A stretch of 63,333 nucleotides of DNA, the filler included, from Squatina squatina (taxonomy: Eukaryota), in NCBI GenBank assembly GCA_031763465.1. It is 4 parts of 4 records of this genome, joined end to end, with 100 filler letters (N's around TTAATTAATTAA, not from the genome) between each part and the next. Parts side by side here need not be neighbours in the genome. Positions count along the whole stretch, not along the records: positions 14,687 to 28,713 come from JARFOE010000192.1; positions 28,814 to 46,400 come from JARFOE010000233.1; 2 more parts are not named here. The stretch is one strand, 5' to 3'. The translations under genes were made by a program, and so were the position numbers. Under the pieces are notes generated by a model that saw only the letters and a program-made list of their open reading frames with translations, ran no database searches and was not told the DNA's origin. Within the stretch, counting starts at the first letter, position 1, and the number at the start of each line of letters is the position of its first letter. Of the stretch, positions 23,312-35,911 are shown piece by piece.

Positions 23312-26120
23312 GTAAGACAAAGAACACCTCCACTTTTTGCTCGTTATTTTACTGTATTTAGTTTATGTTTCTGTACTATTTTATGAATGTTATCATTTTT
23401 GTCTCTTGAAGGAATACGTCAAGATAAGCCCCAAATTTTCACACATTCATCAGATAACATTTGTTCTGATCTTTGTGCTTAAAATATTTTGCATCATTTG
23501 GGAATTAATGCGTAGTAATTTTGTCATGTACAGGCACTGTTAGAAAAATATTGAACATATTTGTATCTCATTTATAAGTTAGCAATGCATTAATAGGTAA
23601 TTGCAAATCTTCCAAGTCAATGTTTGTGTGTAGAAAATTACTTCAAACTCACTGAATATCATGGCATGACAAAGATGCAAAAGACTATGCTCAGAAGTAA
23701 TAAACTGCTGCATTCCACTTCTGTCTGTATCCATGCACCTTTGCTCTTTGAAAGCCCAGCAGTCATCTATCCAATAATGAGCATAAATTTTTACCTGCAA
23801 AATTTCTTGATTGGACTGGTGCTTAATGGATATTAATGTATCTTACACAAAACAAATATAACAGATATGACAGCATGCTGTCTTCAAAAAATAAGCATTT
23901 TGGTAATGGCAGCTCCAAATTTGCTCCAGAAAAATTCATGTCACCGTTTATCATACCAGACTGCTGTTGAACTGCTAGCAATTCAAATACATTGTGTGGA
24001 TTTTGCCCTGTAGACTCCACTATAGCTGTTGGCACTTTCCATTTCCTGGCTTTAAAATTTGCATTGAGCACTACAACACTGTCCCAGCAACTGACTCTTC
24101 CATCATACAAAGTTATGAAATATATATGCAGTCTGCTTTGGACTCAGTATAAAGGCTTACTATGATTAACTTGCTGGCAGAAATACAGTTATGGATACCA
24201 AAATGTTGAATGCCAAAGCTGGATTATTCTTGGTGCTGAGACATGTTGGAGTTCAGCTCAGCACAGAAGCACTCCTCCAATCCCAGGTTAGATAGAGAAC
24301 TGCATGCAAGCAGGGGTTTTTCACGAGGAATATGTTTGTGGAATATAGTTCTGCCTTGATTAGTATGACACCCGTGTGTCTGGAGTGCCATCCAACCTTC
24401 TGTAGCATTAGTTACAGCTTGCTTGCACCCTCTGGTTAAGCTTCTGATTCAGCATTGGCTGATTTGCTTCGATTTGAGGGGTCTCTGATCAACCTTCAGA
24501 CTCCAGGTTATGACAGCTATTCAATGATTACTTCACAGTAATCTACACTAGCTGTGGGATGTACTATGGACATTAAAACTCTAAATAATAAAATGGATAG
24601 GAATGTCATCTTGGATGGAATAGGGAATCTCATCAAACACTCTTCCTTTGACTCTGACCTTGTGTGTCCCCTAGTCCTTTGTCCCCACCATTGGTAGCCA
24701 TGCTTTCAGCCGTTTNNNNNNNNNNNNNNNNNNNNNNNNNNNNNNNNNNNNNNNNNNNNNNNNNNNNNNNNNNNNNNNNNNNNNNNNNNNNNNNNNNNNN
24801 NNNNNNNNNNNNNNNATTACTGCTTAAAAGTAAAATAAGGTGTGTTTTTACATTGATTTATATCTTTTGCAAAACCCATCGTGGAGTGCAAGCTATCCAA
24901 AATAGCATTCAGTACTACAGGTGACTAAACCTGATGGTGCTACGGAAATGCAGTGCTTAAGTTGCATTTAGATTACATCAGCTACCATAAAGCTCTCCAT
25001 TGTGTGGGGTAATTGGCAAACATGCTAGATTATAAACTTTGTTTGCTTTTATCCAGATTTCTAAACCTTTTTGTTTTCATTAATGTGTTAATATGCCGGA
25101 GATTCTTCATGACATCATATATGAGTATTCTTGAAACACAGTTTCTCAAATTGGCTGGAATGGCGAAGTAAATTGGAACACTGTAATGATCTGTGTGGGA
25201 ACTGATTACATCAGCCAGAAAAGGTTACTCTGATTGGTCAGCATGCATGGTTTGATTCACGACCTAACTGTGTACTAACCCTTTGTGGAGCTCAGAGTCC
25301 TGTGCACACGCTAGAGAAATGTAATCTCGTTCAATACTAGTCATTGCTTGGAGTATGTGACAGGTACAGTAATCCTTTGATACATTATAACATCCTGAGT
25401 GTGCTACATTACTGAGGTTTTGGAACAGACAAAGAACTCTTATCTAAAGCAGCAGGCTTAATTTTAAAATGCCATCCTGTTCTCCTAACAGCTGCCTTTT
25501 CCAAGCTGAGGTAAGAGATTCNNNNNNNNNNNNNNNNNNNNNNNNNNNNNNNNNNNNNNNNNNNNNNNNNNNNNNNNNNNNNNNNNNNNNNNNNNNNNNN
25601 NNNNNNNNNNNNNNNNNNNNNAACATCAAGGTTTTAAGACAACAGGAAATCAGGCCTTTTCCAGTGACTGACATTCAACTCAATTTCTGAACTTCTGACA
25701 GTTCTCCTCACATGCCACCTCAGTTTAATACCACTGGTGTTCAAAAGTGTACTTGAAAAAAAGTTATGAAGGAAAACTTTCTTTGTACGAGCAGACTTTA
25801 GTTTGATTCTGAGAAAATATTATATTTAGGTCTGAGGTGTAATTCCTATGTTAGCTACCCTACTGCTCCCAAGTGGATCCAATAATTTAATTACTGTTAA
25901 GTACTTCCATTGTATAACTTGAAAAATTTTGCTTCCTGTAATTAATCACTTCATTGGCAATTGAATTCTCAAGACTGAAAGCTGATGATTTTGTTGCACA
26001 ATCACATGAAGTTTAAATGTGTGTTTGTAAGTCACTTTCTCAAGAATAAAAATAGTTTGTAATAATTATAGCAACTATTTCACATTCTATTTTTTTCTTC
26101 CAATCTTGTCATTTGCACAG

Positions 26121-26231
26121 GAACCAAGACATCTGCAGCTGTTAGCTGACATTGAAGATAATAATGTGTTTTCATTAATAGCTGGCAAAAAAGCATACAG
26201 TGCACCAACTGACTATGGTTTTTGTATAAAG
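26121..26231 (+). CDS. GRB10: GRB10 PH-domain exon
   Basis: [37 protein letters not shown], 111 nt, ag/gt. LQLLAD matches GRB10 rather than GRB14. Confidence 0.95.
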
Positions 26232-26964
26232 GTATTTTTTGTAACTAGTTTATTTGTGAAAATACTTTATTGTGCTTTGTTTTACATACAAACCTATGAT
26301 TTTGAATGATTTATAAACATCTAATTTTTCCCCCACGCAGAACTGAATTTCTACAGTAAAAATCAGTTTTAGAGAACAGCTACTTCACTGTTCGGTACAT
26401 TATTTTTCTTAACTTCAAAATTCCATATTGATTATGTCAGCATTGGACCAAATGTTCCACTAGTACATTCAACCACAATCACTTAATTGTCCATATCACA
26501 TGAAGTATTCTGGAGGCATTTTTTGAATTGCTTTGGTGAAAACAGCTATGGCATGAATATTTTTTGCAAATGCAGTGTCATTGTCTAGTTACTGGTACTG
26601 GGTCATGTGGGTTTGAGCCCCACACTGGGACTTGAGCTGTAAACTCTGACATGACCGCAGCAATGAGCATTCCATTTTTGGAGGTGTTGTCTTTTGGATG
26701 AGACATTGAGCTTAGTGCCCCTTCTGCCTGTCACAATGGTTTGGATGGGCGTGAAAAATCCTGTGACAGTCTTTGAAGAACTGGGAGTTCTCTTGACAGT
26801 GGGGCAAATAATTTTCAGCCACTACTAACTGCTGTTTGTAAAAATTTCCGGATGCCATAATGGCTAACTTTGACGAAATCAGCCAATACTATCAAATAAT
26901 GTATGAAGCATTTTGTATGATTGCATTTTATTTGCAAATGCATACTCTTTTATATTAAAACACT

Positions 26965-27609
26965 TCAGAATCACAGAATAATACAGCACAGAAGGAGGCC
27001 TGTGCTGGCTCTTGGGTAGAGCTATCCAATTAATCCCACTCCCCCTGCTCCTTCCCCATGGCCCTGTAATTTTTTTTACCTTCAAGTTCTATTTTGAATC
27101 TTAGTATTGAATATGCTTCCACCCTTTCAGGTTGTGCATTCATCATAACGTATCATCATAACTTGATGTGTTTTTTTTTAAAAGTTTTTCATGTCGACTC
27201 TGTTTCTTTTGCCAATCACCATAAATCTGTGCCCCTTCTGCCACAGGAAGCAGTTTCTCCTTATTTACTGTGTCAAAACAGTTCATGATTTCGAACACCT
27301 CTATCAAATCTCCTCTTAACCTTCTCTGCCCTGAGGAGTACAACCCAGCTTCTCCAGCCTCTCCACGTAACTGAAGTCTCTCATCCCTGGTGACATTCTT
27401 CCCAAAAGTGTGGTGCTCAGAATTGAACACAATGCTCCAGCTGAGGCCTAAACCAGTATTTTATAAAGGTTTAGCATAACTTCCTTGGTTTTATACTCTC
27501 CTTCGCTATTAATAAAGCCAAGGATCCCATATGCATTTTTTAACAGCCTTCTCAACATGTCCTACCACCTTCAAAGATTTGTGTAGATACGCCCCCAGGT
27601 CTCTGTTTC
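26965..27609 (-). mobile_element. CR1 LINE 3' portion, antisense, intronic
   Basis: Antisense GLYSSGQRRLRGDLIEVFEIM, plus 3' tail agaatcacagaataatacagcacagaaggaggcc. Confidence 0.85.
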
Positions 27610-27709
27610 NNNNNNNNNNNNNNNNNNNNNNNNNNNNNNNNNNNNNNNNNNNNNNNNNNNNNNNNNNNNNNNNNNNNNNNNNNNNNNNNNNNNNNNNNNN
27701 NNNNNNNNN

Positions 27710-27830
27710 GAAACTCTGAGCTCGAGTTCAAGCAATTGGAAACACTTCCTGCACATGTGGTTGTCCAGGACAGGTGAAGTGTCCTGAAATTCCACATGGC
27801 ACAGGAATTGCAGGCAACAGGTCTTAACTG
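27710..27830 (-). mobile_element. CR1 ORF1 N-terminal fragment
   Basis: Antisense WEFQDTSPVLDNHMCRKCFQLLELELRV-like Cys motif plus coiled-coil start typical of CR1 ORF1. Confidence 0.6.
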
Positions 27831-28178
27831 TCCATCATTTTGCTTAAAAAATCCCTTTAGATCTAATTAAGTACTCTGATTATTTATGTATTTACTGTTT
27901 TCCCTTGGTTTAAAGCACTTAGGACCTAATTCCCACTCACTCCAAATACCAGTTGCCACTCTGTTTAACAAGCCACTCCATTGAGCAGGTACTTTCAGCT
28001 CTGTGCACACAGCTATCTTGTGCACATCACTTTGTAGAAGAGATTCAATTAGTTTACAATTTGATTTGAGCAGTGAATTGATAGATTATCAGTCACAGCT
28101 TCAATATACTAAAATGTAGGTTTACAGATTCTGTACGAACTCAGCAGGTATAACTACAGTTTTCCTTGTCCAATGCAG

Positions 28179-28277
28179 CCCATAAAAATGAGGAATGAAA
28201 CAAAGGACCTTCGATTACTATGTGCAGATGATGAACAGAGCAGGACGTGTTGGATGACAGCTTTTCGACTCTTCAAG
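28179..28277 (+). CDS. GRB10: GRB10 PH-domain exon
   Basis: [33 protein letters not shown], 99 nt, ag/gt, phase 0/0. Confidence 0.95.
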
Positions 28278-28595
28278 GTTTACCTTTGTTACTGTAACTG
28301 CTCAATGATGAGATTGTCATATTCTTATTTAAAATTTTTGTTATTGTCATCCAAATTCAGCTCACTCACTTTCTGCTTTACTAGTGATTAAGTTTTTTAA
28401 ACTTTTATCAAGTTTAGTAAAACCATAACTCGGTTGCACCTTGTTTGTAACAATTTTTGAGTTGTATAAATTTAGTTTTAATAATGCAACTTCTTAGTTA
28501 GGAAATACATGTGCAGTCATTGTGATCACTAAAAGTTTTCTCTCCACTATCTCTGTTTTTAAAGAATGCAATTAGCAATATTTTTTTTTCTGCAG

Positions 28596-28673
28596 TATGG
28601 CATCCTGTTGTACCAGAACTATCGGATCCCTCAACAGAGAAAAACATTACTATCCCACTTCTCCACACCAGTG
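28596..28673 (+). CDS. GRB10: GRB10 exon (PH end / BPS linker)
   Basis: tgcag|TAT: [26 protein letters not shown]|gtaggt, 78 nt. Not in the ORF track. Confidence 0.95.
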
Positions 28674-28713
28674 GTAGGTTACCTTTTCTAAAAAGATATT
28701 TATGAATTCTATT

Positions 28714-28813
28714 NNNNNNNNNNNNNNNNNNNNNNNNNNNNNNNNNNNNNNNNNNNNTTAATTAATTAANNNNNNNNNNNNNNNNNNNNNNNNNNNNNNN
28801 NNNNNNNNNNNNN
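28714..28813. other. Artificial assembly spacer (44 N + TTAATTAATTAA + 44 N)
   Basis: 12-mer at 28758-28769. Gene content switches from GRB10 to FBXO10 across it. Confidence 0.97.
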
Positions 28814-29240
28814 TGACATCCTTCCTAAAGTGTGGTGCTCAGAACTGGAAACAATACAGTTTAACCTGTGATTTATAAATGTTTAGCATAACTTCTTTCC
28901 TTTTGTACTCTATGCCTTTATTAATAAAGCTTAGAATTCCATATGCTTTTTTAAAAAAAGAAAACAGCCGTATCAACTTGTTCTGCCATTTTCAAAGATT
29001 TGTGTATGTGAACCCCAGGTCTCTCTGTTCCTGCATCCCATTTAAAATTGGACGATTTAGTTCATATTGCCTCTCCTCATTCTTCCAAATTGCATCACTT
29101 CATACTTCTCTGCATTAAATTGCATCTGCCACATGTCTGCCCATTTCACTGGTCTATATCCTCCTAAAAAGTGTGCTATTATCCTCCTCACTGTTTACTA
29201 CATTTCCAAGTTTTGTGTCATCACCAAACTTTGAAATATA
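28814..29240 (-). mobile_element. CR1 LINE ORF2 fragment, antisense
   Basis: Similar to 27390-27609 (aaagtgtggtgctcagaa.tg; tttagcataacttc; cccaggtctctctg). Confidence 0.8.
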
Positions 29241-29676
29241 CGGCTATCTTATATTTATGCTTCCCTGTTCTGGGCTCACCCAAGTGAAAACAGTTTCCCC
29301 ACATCCGCTCTATAAAACCCCTTCATAATGTTAAAGATCTCCAGAGAACAGAGCTCCTGCCTGCTCAATCGCAGTACTAGTGTTGATAGAAAAACTTGCA
29401 CTTGGACCTTCCCATCAGCACCATTAACGAAGCCACTCCCCAATCCGTAGACAGGATTGGATACTTTCGATCTCTTCCCAGTACATGTTAAGAGGCTCTG
29501 TGCCCTTTCCCTCCCAAATGAAAGGTAGTGTTCCATTATCAAAAGACATTCCAACTTTAGACTAGAAACCAGACAGACAAAACAAATCCAAAATTAGTGG
29601 GCAGATTTAGGGGCCAGGGTGAAGGTCCCTGACATTTAAACCTTGTAACCTTGCCTGGCTGTTCTTGAAATCATAC

Positions 29677-30638
29677 CTTGGCATTTTGGATGCACCGCAC
29701 AGCGTAGCTCAGATTTCTGAAGATGTTGCACTCTAGTCTAGCTTGCCCTTGACTACAGACAAACATACCGCCCTTTCCATCTCGAAAAAGGCACTTTCGG
29801 ATTAAGCAACCCTGCAGGGTGCTGGCAAGAATCTGAGCCTCTTTATCCTTTTGCAGCTCCTTTTGGAGAGTTTTTAACTCCAAGTCCATTTGCAGGAGAT
29901 CAGTTCCCTTCTTCTGAGGTCTAAANNNNNNNNNNNNNNNNNNNNNNNNNNNNNNNNNNNNNNNNNNNNNNNNNNNNNNNNNNNNNNNNNNNNNNNNNNN
30001 NNNNNNNNNNNNNNNNNNNNNNNNNACGGATTGGTCCTCGCCAACAAGTGACTCAGGCCGTGGGACTGGTAAGAGAGTTTGTACACTGACTGCTCATAAT
30101 CTTCATTCTCACTACCCGTGCTCATTTCACTGTCACTGTAATCAGTCTCCAAGGTAATGACTTCCCCCTCACAAGGGCTGCCTTTTGGAATGCATCCTTC
30201 TCCGTTGCACTGGCCATCTCTCACGCAGGGCGTCTGGAAGTTTTGTTTGGAGCCCGAAGCCTGGCGTGAATCAGTCACATTCTCATTTGATTCAAATGTT
30301 CTAAAGTTGCTCAATGAAGGTTGACAATATTTTTTGGAGCTACAAGTGTTTGAAAGTGCTTGGCCTGAAGTGTTCAAAACAGCTTTGGATTTGGCAACCA
30401 CCGCTAGATGCTTGCAGGCCCAGTTTCTGTCAGTCAGACTGAGGCCCTCCACGGTCACCGACGTATTCTCACTCCCAATAAACTCACAGTTTTCAATCAT
30501 GCTGAGAGCTACATTGTGAAAATTGACGCTAGACTGGCTGAAAGTGCAAAACTTCGCCTGACAGGTTCCAGGTGCATGGATCTGCAGCTGCCCGTTCTCC
30601 ACATTGCAGTTGTCAAGCTGGACATGGCCGGACAATGT
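29677..30638 (-). CDS. FBXO10: F-box only protein 10, second coding exon (interrupted by 100-N gap 29926-30025)
   Basis: caacag|TLSGHVQLDNCNVENGQLQIHAPGTCQ... through ...QGCLIRKCLFRDGKGGMFVCS...AVRCIQNAK|gtatga; beta-helix (PbH1/CASH) region matching recalled human FBXO10. Confidence 0.93.
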
Positions 30639-32240
30639 CTGTTGAATAAAAAGAGACAAACTCAACACACATGCTCATCAATCTATTCACATTAAGTTCA
30701 ACCAAGAACATTCTTTTCAGTTTTCTTTGTTCTTGGGATGGGGGGCGACACTGGCAAGGCAGCATTTATTGCCCATTCAAAACCAAAATACTGTAGATGC
30801 AGGAAATCTGGAATAAAACAGGAAATACTCAGCAGGTCAGGGCGNNNNNNNNNNNNNNNNNNNNNNNNNNNNNNNNNNNNNNNNNNNNNNNNNNNNNNNN
30901 NNNNNNNNNNNNNNNNNNNNNNNNNNNNNNNNNNNNNNNNNNNNTCGCAAAAATGTGAGATAACTGGGCCACGCAAAGAAGCAGAGAATGAGGAGCACAG
31001 GCTCAGTAGGGACACTATGACTGATGGCCATGATTGAGCTTTGAAGATCTATTCAGATAGTCAAACATTTGCTCGGCATTACTAGTGGCAATGAAGATCA
31101 CTTCTGGGCATTTTCTAATAATGTAATCACTGTGGGCTCATTGTTTTCAGATACAGTATGCACTGGCACTTGCTCAGAGTTAAATGAATGTTAATCTTCT
31201 GGTTGTTAAGCTTTTCTACCATCTTCTCAAAATGTCCAGTGAGCAGTGTGCATCTATGAGGTTGTGAGATCCATGCCTCGTGGTTGCCTGTAACCATTCT
31301 CCAAATAACTTGATGTCCAGAACTGTATCTTGGACATTTATTTATTCTCGGGATGTGGGCGATGCTGGCAAGGTCTGAATTTAATGCCCACCCCTAGTTG
31401 CCCTGAGAAGGTGGTGGTGGGCCTTTTTCCTTGAACCGCGATGTTGCTTCCACAATGGTGTTAGGTAGGGAATTCTAGGATATTGACCCAGGGACGATGA
31501 AGGAATGGCGATAGCTGTCCAAATCAGGATGGTGTGGCACTTGATGCAGAACTTTGCATTCCAAAGCCTGCTTGGCAGCAGTGGAAACATTCATTAGTGG
31601 TTCTCCTGTTGTGGATCTAGCCTGTGTAATTCAGGTCTCCACTGTAGATGGTACTGGTGTTGCTGCATGCTGAATAGGAGTGCCGACAAACCTTGATTCG
31701 ACCCAACCATGCTGTCTTCCAATGCCTACTCTGCGTTATTCAGGTACGCTCTCTGATGTTGCTGCCTTGAATGGCACTGGTCTATGTTGAACATTTTTTG
31801 GAGAGATTTAACAGTGCCTTTGAATGAGTTTGGTACTCTGCCTGCATCCTTCTTTTCATGGTAGGACTCCTGAATCATCCTCCAGCTGGCCTTCAGTCAA
31901 CAGCTGACAATTTCACTTCCACTACCTCTCCCTCTTGCTCCCTTGTATGTTGTACAGAATCCAGTGCCCGCTCCTCTTCTGAACAATCTATATCTGCTGG
32001 GAGGCACAGGTGGCTTTGGACCTATGGTTCCCGAAGCTCTCCACCACTTTGGGGGGGGGTTCTCTCGTGCCATGTCTGGGTCTGTTGTAGACTGATTGAT
32101 AGAGACTGATTGCCTTGATTAGTCAAAAGTGGTGTATCATGTGACTACGAGGATGGTAGAAGGCCAACTAGATGGACCTTGGTAATTTTTCATCTAACAA
32201 TTCCCATGTTCCTACTAGATATTCTAGAATGGATGCTCAC

Positions 32241-32928
32241 CTTGTACACAACAGGTGTGAACCACGCAGGCATGAGGACCAGATTGCATAGCCGTGCTGT
32301 TGGACAGTGTTGGTCAAAACTAATGAGGAGTGCCACATCCCCTAGCTTTCCATGTCCAACTATCTCTACGGGGACCTTTAACGTCACCTCATTCTGTTCT
32401 TCGTATACTCCAGGGAAAACAACAATCTTATCATACACATTGGCAACTGCTAAAGCACTCCTGAGGTTTACATGTTCACTTGTTGGGCCGACGAATATAG
32501 TTTTTCTATCCTTCTTCCGCCTAAATAAATACAAACAGTTTGAAGATTCCANNNNNNNNNNNNNNNNNNNNNNNNNNNNNNNNNNNNNNNNNNNNNNNNN
32601 NNNNNNNNNNNNNNNNNNNNNNNNNNNNNNNNNNNNNNNNNNNNNNNNNNNCCAGGTCCTGGGCGTTTTTGGTCCAGATTTTTGAAGCTAAATGGTGTTG
32701 TTTAAAAGCTTCCCGCCAGGAATGGGGCTCAACATCAGGTTGATTAGGCCAGTTTGGGTGTTTGCACTCACTGCATCCAAGACACAGCTGCCTCCATCGG
32801 GTATTATCCAGGCTGAGAATCAGTTCGTACCAGGCCCTGCACACCACACAGCAGCGACCCAGGTCTGGGAGAGGCAAATATGCAAGGATCAGGCGCCACA
32901 ACTCCAGTGGGAGGCCACTGATCTCCAT
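32241..32928 (-). CDS. FBXO10: FBXO10 first coding exon with F-box (interrupted by 100-N gap 32552-32651)
   Basis: ATG at 32928: MEISGLPLELWRLILAYLPLPDLGRC...HPNWPNQPDVEP...PAWFTPVVYK|gtgagc; acceptor tcatag| just upstream (exon start 32934). Confidence 0.96.
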
Positions 32929-32999
32929 AGTCACCTATGAATTAAAGAGAGACCTTTAGACAAACTTATAAAAACAAAGAAATAAGTTGCACCGGTATA

Positions 33000-33335
33000 G
33001 TGCCATGTGTCCTCAAGATATCGCCAATGTCAATGAATTACTTTGAAGTGCGGTCACTGTTCTTACAGAGCCAATTTTGTGCACAAACAGCACGATGACA
33101 ACTGACCAATTGATCTGTTTTACTGATGATGGTTGAGGGATACATACTGCCCAGGGCACCAGGAGAAATCCCATGCTCTTTTTCAAACACCACCAGAGTC
33201 TCCTACATCCATCTGAACAGGGAGACAGAGCCTCTTCTCATCCAAAAGGCAGCACCTGTGACACTACCGCACTCCCGCAGCAGTACAGCGTTCGCCTAGA
33301 TTACGTGCTCAAGTCCGAGAACAGGACTTGAATTC

Positions 33336-33366
<31 letters not shown>

Positions 33367-33385
33367 ACTGGGCCAAGGATAACAG
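33000..33385 (-). mobile_element. Deu-domain tRNA SINE (SacSINE1-like), antisense
   Basis: Reverse complement of the 37178-37594 element (ccttctgactcagaggcaagagtgctaccactg head; ctttgaagtgcggtcactgtt tail). Confidence 0.75.
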
Positions 33386-33749
33386 TCGGTAAATCTTTGA
33401 CTGACGAATTTTGTCCGTTTTCATCCTGCAGACTGCTTTCAGCATGTAAGATTTACTCTGCCTTATTCCTCAAAATGTCAAATGCAAGTTTCATCTGAAT
33501 CTGAATGTCAGAGGAATTGCAATAGGTCAAAATCGTGTTTTAACCATTCAAATTCACATTAAGTTGGCTGTTGCATGAACAGTATCACAACTCAAACTGC
33601 TACAACATATGGATATGCAAGCAGGACACCAGATACAAATCACACTTTCTCCTCAGTACCATTAATAAGGTCCCTGAAGATTCACTTACTTGACACATGT
33701 TTCCAGGCATTGGCTTGTTTCACTCACAGGAAAGCCCTGTGGTCAACGG

Positions 33750-34006
33750 GGTGGGGTGTCCGTCCCGGGGCACCGTCGGTGGGGGGTGAAGAAGGGGGTA
33801 CTGGGCACTACCCGGGGGGATGGCGGTGAGGGCCCTACTGGGAAATGTACTGAGCTCAACAGGAGGGTGCACCGGGCTCTACCGGGGGTGCCGACTGTAT
33901 CAACCTCCCTCTCACCTTGTGTTTCTTCAGTGAGGCCGACACATGGCGCCCGCAGCTGCAGTCCCCGGACTCTCACTGTCCGCTCGGCCGCCTTGCAGAG
34001 TCAGAG
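33750..34006 (-). promoter_or_regulatory. FBXO10: CpG-rich region, probable FBXO10 non-coding exon 1 (33977-34006) and start of intron 1
   Basis: CpG-rich, on the same contig 1 kb upstream of the FBXO10 ATG exon; minus-strand donor ACA|GTGAGA at 33976. Confidence 0.5.
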
Positions 34007-34106
34007 NNNNNNNNNNNNNNNNNNNNNNNNNNNNNNNNNNNNNNNNNNNNNNNNNNNNNNNNNNNNNNNNNNNNNNNNNNNNNNNNNNNNNNNNNNNNNN
34101 NNNNNN

Positions 34107-34280
34107 GTCTGTTACGTAGGAATGGGAGTAGGTCATTCAGCCCCTCGTGTCTGTCACACAGGAACAGAAGTAGGCCATTCGGCCCCTCGAGTCTATTACG
34201 TAGGAACGGCAGTAGGCCATTCAGCCCCTCAGGTCTGTCACATAGGAACAGGAATAGGCAATTCAGCCCCTCGGGCCTGT
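34107..34280. repeat. 42-bp tandem repeat (4 or more copies, truncated by gap) derived from a retroelement 3' tail
   Basis: Unit about gtctgttacgtaggaacaggagtaggccattcagcccctcgt; 14-aa periodicity in the spurious ORF (VCYVGMGVGHSAPR). Confidence 0.9.
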
Positions 34281-35398
34281 TCCGCCACTCCATTAGATCA
34301 CGGCAGATCGGTACCTCAACTCCATCTACCCGCCTTGATATCCTTACCTAACAAAGATCTATCTATCTCAGTCTTGAAAGCTTCAAATGACCTAACAGCT
34401 CTTATGACAGACTCCAATTCAAATGTAAAGTTTGCTGCTTACGTTTGGTTTGGTGTCCCCAGGGGGTTTTCATGTTACGAGTGGGTCACAAGATTAGCTG
34501 GCTCTTTCCCATGGTGCAAACACATGACTTTCAGATTCTGTAGCTTTGCATTGAAAGGCATCATCATTTGCCTTGGTCTGTGCTACTATTTTCTCAAAGC
34601 CCAAGAGAATCTGGCTAGGGAAAGAAAAATCAATGGTTGAATTATTAAATTAGAACAGTATTTATTTTCAAAGCTGAGTGCTCCTTTTTGACAACAGTTA
34701 GATAAGGAGATGTTGATGAGTACTGCAGGGCTACAGAACGTAATATAAGTATATCCACTGTGAGATTAATGTAAATAATACTGGAACACCTTGCGAAGCA
34801 CTCAAGATAGCCTACAATGCTAATCCATGTGGCTTTGAGGGGAATAGATTAAATATTTATGACAGGGGTCAGGAACTCTTGTGTTTTACCACACTGCATT
34901 TGAAGTGTCCTCCAGTTGGCTTTGATCCTGGGGAGTGATTACTTTAAATTTTAGACCAAATTTACACTGAGAATATTCACAAGAGTCTGTTGTTCCTGAC
35001 TTGACAATAAATGCATTAAGCTGCTTTCATTTTGTAACTAGCAAACTAAAACCACGCCATCTGCAATGATCCAGATAATTACTTTAGGCCATAGAGGTTA
35101 AGCCATATCAGGAAGGCCTGTAATCTTATTACTGGAAGTTTGAGTCATCAGACTACACATTCATCGTATTGAATGGTCACCCAGAGAGGTGAGCTAAATG
35201 CAAATGAGTTTGGATTCTCATAATTTTCATTAAAGCTTACAATTAAGGATGATAGTCTCTGCTATTAAACAATGGGGTTGAATTAACCCAACCACAGCNN
35301 NNNNNNNNNNNNNNNNNNNNNNNNNNNNNNNNNNNNNNNNNNNNNNNNNNNNNNNNNNNNNNNNNNNNNNNNNNNNNNNNNNNNNNNNNNNNNNNNNN

Positions 35399-35468
35399 AG
35401 CCAGGCTGAAAAGCAATCCAGTCAAAGTGCGTTTTGCGGAGGAAGTGATCGTCAACGGCCACACACAG
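35399..35468 (+). CDS. FRMPD1: FERM and PDZ domain protein 1, exon (5' truncated)
   Basis: ARLKSNPVKVRFAEEVIVNGHTQ|gt. Confidence 0.9.
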
Positions 35469-35815
35469 GTTTGTGCCTCCCACAGACCTTTCGCCCACTG
35501 CCGGGTCCCGTTTCTGGACTGGACACCTATTGTCTTTCTATAAAACATTGATTGTCTGGATGTGTCCTGCCGGCTGAGAACCAAGGCTGTCGGGGGTGCG
35601 TGTGGGCAGATGATTTGCTTATAACCCCCGCCACTGGAATTTCCTACTCTGCTTGGAACAGGGTGTAATTCTGGCGACAGTGGGTCCCGTCCTATTTTCT
35701 ACCTCACCCCGCCCTAGCATTTGCACCGAACGGACGGTAAAGACTGTTGTGATCGGACTTTGCTTCTTTGTTGCAATACCTAATCAAAGCACTTTGTGTT
35801 TTGTCCTTCCCGCAG

Positions 35816-35911
35816 GGCAACTCGCTTCTTTTCATGCCCAATGTTCTCAAGGTATATTTGGAAAATGGACAGACCAAAGCCTTTAGATATGAGAAAAATA
35901 CAACTGTGAAG
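35816..35911 (+). CDS. FRMPD1: FRMPD1 exon, FERM start
   Basis: cgcag|[32 protein letters not shown]|gtagtg, 96 nt. Confidence 0.93.

Noticed and set aside
14687-28673. COBLL1-GRB14 as the identity of block 2
   Set aside because: At least two WH2 domains before the last exon, and GRB10-specific strings ([21 protein letters not shown]), favour COBL-GRB10.
33690-34640. 316-aa ORF with a repeated VCxxGxxVGHSAPR motif
   Set aside because: It spans a gap and translates a CpG-rich patch plus a retroelement-derived 42-bp tandem repeat.
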